Positions 63,911 through 64,000 of a stretch of 64,000 nt of DNA are shown in pieces. The DNA is taken from the NCBI GenBank assembly GCA_040758495.1, contig JBFLVL010000005.1, positions 35,682 to 99,681 on the forward strand, given 5' to 3'. The stretch's first letter is position 1, and every line of letters begins with the position of its first letter. Origin of the DNA: Chloroflexota bacterium. Lineage in GTDB: Bacteria > Chloroflexota > Anaerolineae > Anaerolineales > JBFLVL01. Below the pieces are notes generated by a model. It did no database searches. It had not been told where the DNA came from and worked only from the letters and a program-made list of their open reading frames with translations. The position numbers and the translations under genes are program-made.

Positions 63911-64000
63911 GTGTTTTCTCCCAGAACCATCCGCGCTCCGCGTGGTACACGATTGACCTGTAAATCCTGGCTAACCGAAGCAGCCTATCGCATGATCCAG
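63911..64000 (+). CDS. hutU: Urocanate hydratase, N-terminal fragment (runs off window end)
   Basis: The GTG at 63911 is preceded by [42 protein letters not shown] matches the conserved urocanase N-terminus (IRAPRG..L..KSWLTEA.LRM). Confidence 0.7.
   Translation, partial: MFSPRTIRAPRGTRLTCKSWLTEAAYRMIQ

Noticed and set aside
1-64000. Search for CRISPR arrays, tRNA/rRNA genes, transposases, integrases, toxin-antitoxin or defence-system genes
   Set aside because: I read all intergenic regions over 150 nt on both strands. I found no direct-repeat/spacer arrays, cloverleaf-like sequences or mobile-element ORFs. By-eye tRNA and sRNA detection is not exhaustive.

Overview
This is a gene-dense chromosomal stretch of about 55 protein genes. 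It has no rRNA, tRNA, CRISPR array, transposase, integrase or obvious defence genes. All family calls come from motifs I recognised by eye, not from searches.

Taxon (inference only): a Chloroflexota/Anaerolineae-like monoderm. The basis is the gene content, the GroEL sequence and the ubiquitous Pro/Thr-rich linkers.

Contents, left to right:
- A sugar-type ABC permease pair, an alkaline-phosphatase-superfamily protein and a LysM-M23 peptidase.
- Three tandem M42 (TET-like) aminopeptidases, then an LCP-family protein with an extreme Pro/Thr-rich anchor protein.
- A complete nrfHA cytochrome c nitrite reductase, flanked by a GAF histidine kinase, a NarL-type regulator and an orphan receiver.
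- A single-chain pyruvate:ferredoxin oxidoreductase, an RlmD-like methyltransferase, two AI-2E transporters and a sortase.
- A TSUP/USP operon and an SLC13 permease with four TrkA-C domains.
- A glycan-modification trio: GT4, heparinase II/III-like protein and bi-domain oxidoreductase.
- A redox island, then glucan phosphorylase plus an MFS transporter, trmD and two paralogous TPR proteins.
- CIRCE-controlled groES-groEL, RNase J, a mutY-pcm pair, methyltransferases, a low-molecular-weight tyrosine phosphatase, ugd and the start of hutU.

The most interesting signal is in the redox island. A two-domain protein disulfide oxidoreductase gene has an in-frame TGA exactly where the first Cys of its C-terminal CPYC motif belongs, making it a candidate selenoprotein (UPYC). 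It is co-transcribed with a thioredoxin-reductase homologue that lacks both canonical NADPH-binding motifs. The pair is divergent from a Fur/PerR-ferritin-cydAB-cytochrome c unit.
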